A stretch of DNA of 64,000 nt from Balanoglossus misakiensis (taxonomy: Eukaryota; Animalia; Hemichordata), in contig CM082584.2 of assembly GCA_040954595.2 (NCBI GenBank), positions 7,521,919-7,585,918 on the forward strand. Reading direction: 5' to 3'. Shown piece after piece: positions 61,466-64,000 of the stretch. How positions within the stretch are numbered: the stretch's first letter is position 1; each line of letters begins with the position of its first letter. The translations under genes and the position numbers were made by a program. Below the pieces are notes generated by a model. That model had not been told where the DNA came from. It saw only the letters and a list, made by a program, of their open reading frames with translations, and ran no database searches.

Positions 61466-63287
61466 GTAAGATTGTGTTTCCGTGACAATGTCAAACCACA
61501 TCCTGAACATTTTTTTTTTCATTACTGCGAATGAAATTTGTCCTGTAATTCAACAATGTTCTAATCATATGAAGAGGTGAAAATATGTATAAAATGTAAA
61601 TGTTCGGAATATTTTAAATCAGTAAACACCTTATAGCAAGTGTAGCATTCAACCAGCAGATTATTCTCAAGAGGGCCGCCGAATGTACAGAAAATTCTAT
61701 CTGACCACAAGTCTTATTAAAATTATAATGAGGTGGTGGTGGTAAGCGTGACATTAATAATAAACCATCCCTGCTGGGGGAAGAGATCTGTCTCTGTCAT
61801 CTGTCTTACAAACATATAATTAAATGTCCGATAAAATCTTGAGTTGGCTGTAAATTTTGACAGCCTTTATCTGAAATTTGAGATATGGGATGCTTTCATT
61901 CAGTCAAAAAAGATTGTCATGACTGATTTGAAACAAATATTCATGGTTAGGTTTTTTTATTTCTTGCTGGTAAATATTTTGCATATTAAGTGTTAATTCT
62001 ATCATAGTCTGGTTTGGAGAAATGTCTTGTGTGTTGCCAGAGCAACTGACATCTTGGGTTGTCAGTCTGTCTTGAATTATTCATAAGACAGTGTAGGAGA
62101 TGTCGGTGTAATATGATATACCGACTCCGTCAATATTCCTCGAGCCAACGTCTTTATGATTGATTTTAATTAATGTTGTGTGGGAATAATTGTCCCATTA
62201 TTTTCAAGGTCATTTTCAGTACCAAGGTCAAGGTCTTCTTCTTGTCTCTCTTCTTTCTCTCCACACATTTCTACCACCCTCAGTCTAGCAATACTGGACG
62301 TAAAATTCATTCAGAGGTTGACGTAAGCATGATTTTTTGGAGCGGAATTTCTCCACTTTTGTCTCTGAACATCTCTTGTTTGTTTGTGTCTCTCTAAAAC
62401 TTTTTCAAAATGTTTTTAACACCTTTGCTGTCTGACATGCATGCGTAGCAAGATTCGACAGTTTCAAGTCGTGTCCTTTCAAGACCTAAACTTCTCACTC
62501 GACTAATTCAACCATTTCCTTTTTTTGCTGCATGTTCTTTCTTTGGATATCATAAGTATTTGTGATCGTGTTTTTAAAAAAAAGACATTCTTTTTATTCA
62601 GTTTCACAGTGTGTTTTATAAGGCATGATTTCTTCATATTGCAGTTGATGGTGTTCACACAAAATGGCTGCAAGTGCAAAAAATACACACATTTTTTTTT
62701 ATCATTCCAAGCCTACACCTGAGTACGAAAAATTTAGATTCTGCAAGGATCTTTGTGAAAGGAATGGTTATATTATGAAGGATGCTGGTTACACGTATAA
62801 GATAATTTGAATTTTTTAAACTTTGGTGCACTCAATTGTCTGTGAGTGGCATATGGCAATTATTCAACATGTTAACAGTTCATGAAAGCGTGAACCAATC
62901 ACACCTTTCTTAAAATAGAAAAATACAACATTGGAAGGGTGCAAACTACTAGTTTGTCGTTCTGTCTGCTCACTTCCTGTGAAACTTGCACGACAGAAAA
63001 ACGGACACCATCACCCCTCAGATTTATATCATGTTCATTCATGTCAAGTTGTCGAAAATATTCATGAATGTCCACATTTACAGACCAGCCAGTTTGGATC
63101 AGTTCATTATTTCTTTTAACGCGACAAGAAATATTCGAATCAGCGGTGAGGAAAATGCAACATGTGCGGTGGCACATTGTACATATTGATGTTTTCTATC
63201 ACAGATCATGTTTTCTATGGCCTTGTACACTCGGCCACAGAAAACTGCCACCAAGGTTACTATGTGCCCTGCTTCTATCAGATTTAA

Positions 63288-63372
63288 CCCTTTCACCACC
63301 ATGGTTTGGTCCAAATCCATTGTATTCCCTGGTAAAACTGGACCTCTAAAGAGGGAACTGGGGGTGAAAGGG
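63288..63372 (+). mobile_element. ~85-bp TTAA/CCCTTTCACC MITE family, copy D (best preserved)
   Basis: TTAA|CCCTTTCACC...GGTGAAAGGG|TTAG; 10-bp perfect TIR; CCC/GGG termini with TTAA are piggyBac-like. Confidence 0.85.
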
Positions 63373-63543
63373 TTAGCTCTGTTTTGTAACACACCGCTGA
63401 CGTGATGTGTTCCAGAGACAGTCCTGGCATTTTTTTTGGTATGAATAATATGGCCAGCGCTGTCAAATTCACATTTTTCTGCAAAGTGATGGCAAGCTTG
63501 AGCTCAGTTGTCTTGACCATGGATCTTTTATTTTCATTTTTAG

Positions 63544-63655
63544 TAGTAGTCCTGTGTTGGGACCCGGTGGACTGGAGACGGAGGTTCTGATGATGAACAA
63601 TGTGTACAGGGACAGATTTCCAAAAGCCAAGGAACAAATGGAGGAGAAACTACAG
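63544..63655 (+). CDS. MAST: MAST exon (DUF1908); the gene continues beyond the window
   Basis: S(S)(S)PVLGPGGLETEVLMMNNVYRDRFPKAKEQMEEKLQ matches EIxMMNHVYKERFPKAxxQMEE; acceptor TAGTAGTAG; donor CAG|GTAAAG, phase 2-0. Confidence 0.96.
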
Positions 63656-64000
63656 GTAAAGTTGGATGTTTGGTATCTTTAATCTTCCATTTCAGTGTCA
63701 GGTTAATACTCGAAATATGTGCACATGCCTAGTACATGAACGTGCACACAGACTGCCAAACGCATGTACCAAGTCGTGCACATATATACAACACACAGAC
63801 ATACATACTGTACACATACACATACATGTACATACAGGTACACATACACACACATTGTACCTCTAGTATAGTTAGGCTTTTTGACTCCATAAAACGAGAA
63901 CAAATTTACTTCTGTAATGGAGCATTCATTTGTAGGAATCTTCATGAAATGAAAATGTATGTTGTAGAACAAATTTCAGTCTATGGGCACGTGCTTTTCC

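Overview
Eukaryotic, AT-rich genomic DNA with spliceosomal introns. It looks like an invertebrate animal (inferred from the gene families, MITE types and abundant TACATGTA motifs); it is not prokaryotic. Two protein-coding loci lie on the + strand. (1) A complete 5-exon PP2C-like (Drosophila CG9801-family) phosphatase gene, CDS 1691-4374, about 458 aa, with an intact antisense tRNA-Ala(CGC) in intron 1. (2) The 5' part of a MAST (microtubule-associated Ser/Thr kinase) gene. Its conserved N-terminal/DUF1908 exons lie at 53179-63655, and the kinase and PDZ exons are beyond the window. An exon at 9010-9306 encodes a SAM-like domain and is phase-compatible with the MAST exon at 53179 across a ~43.9 kb gap, suggesting an unusual SAM-MAST protein. 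That gap holds several candidate alternative first exons, a striking excess of RFX X-box palindromes, an AP-1 cluster and several MITE families. Also present: a young Harbinger-type MITE with perfect 43-bp TIRs, a ZNF143/Staf-type promoter with a possible divergent spliced transcript, and a TAGTAGTAG triple acceptor that would change the serine count in the MAST RSRSLS(S)(S)P motif. All gene models were derived by eye from splice signals and reading-frame continuity, without transcript data or database searches.
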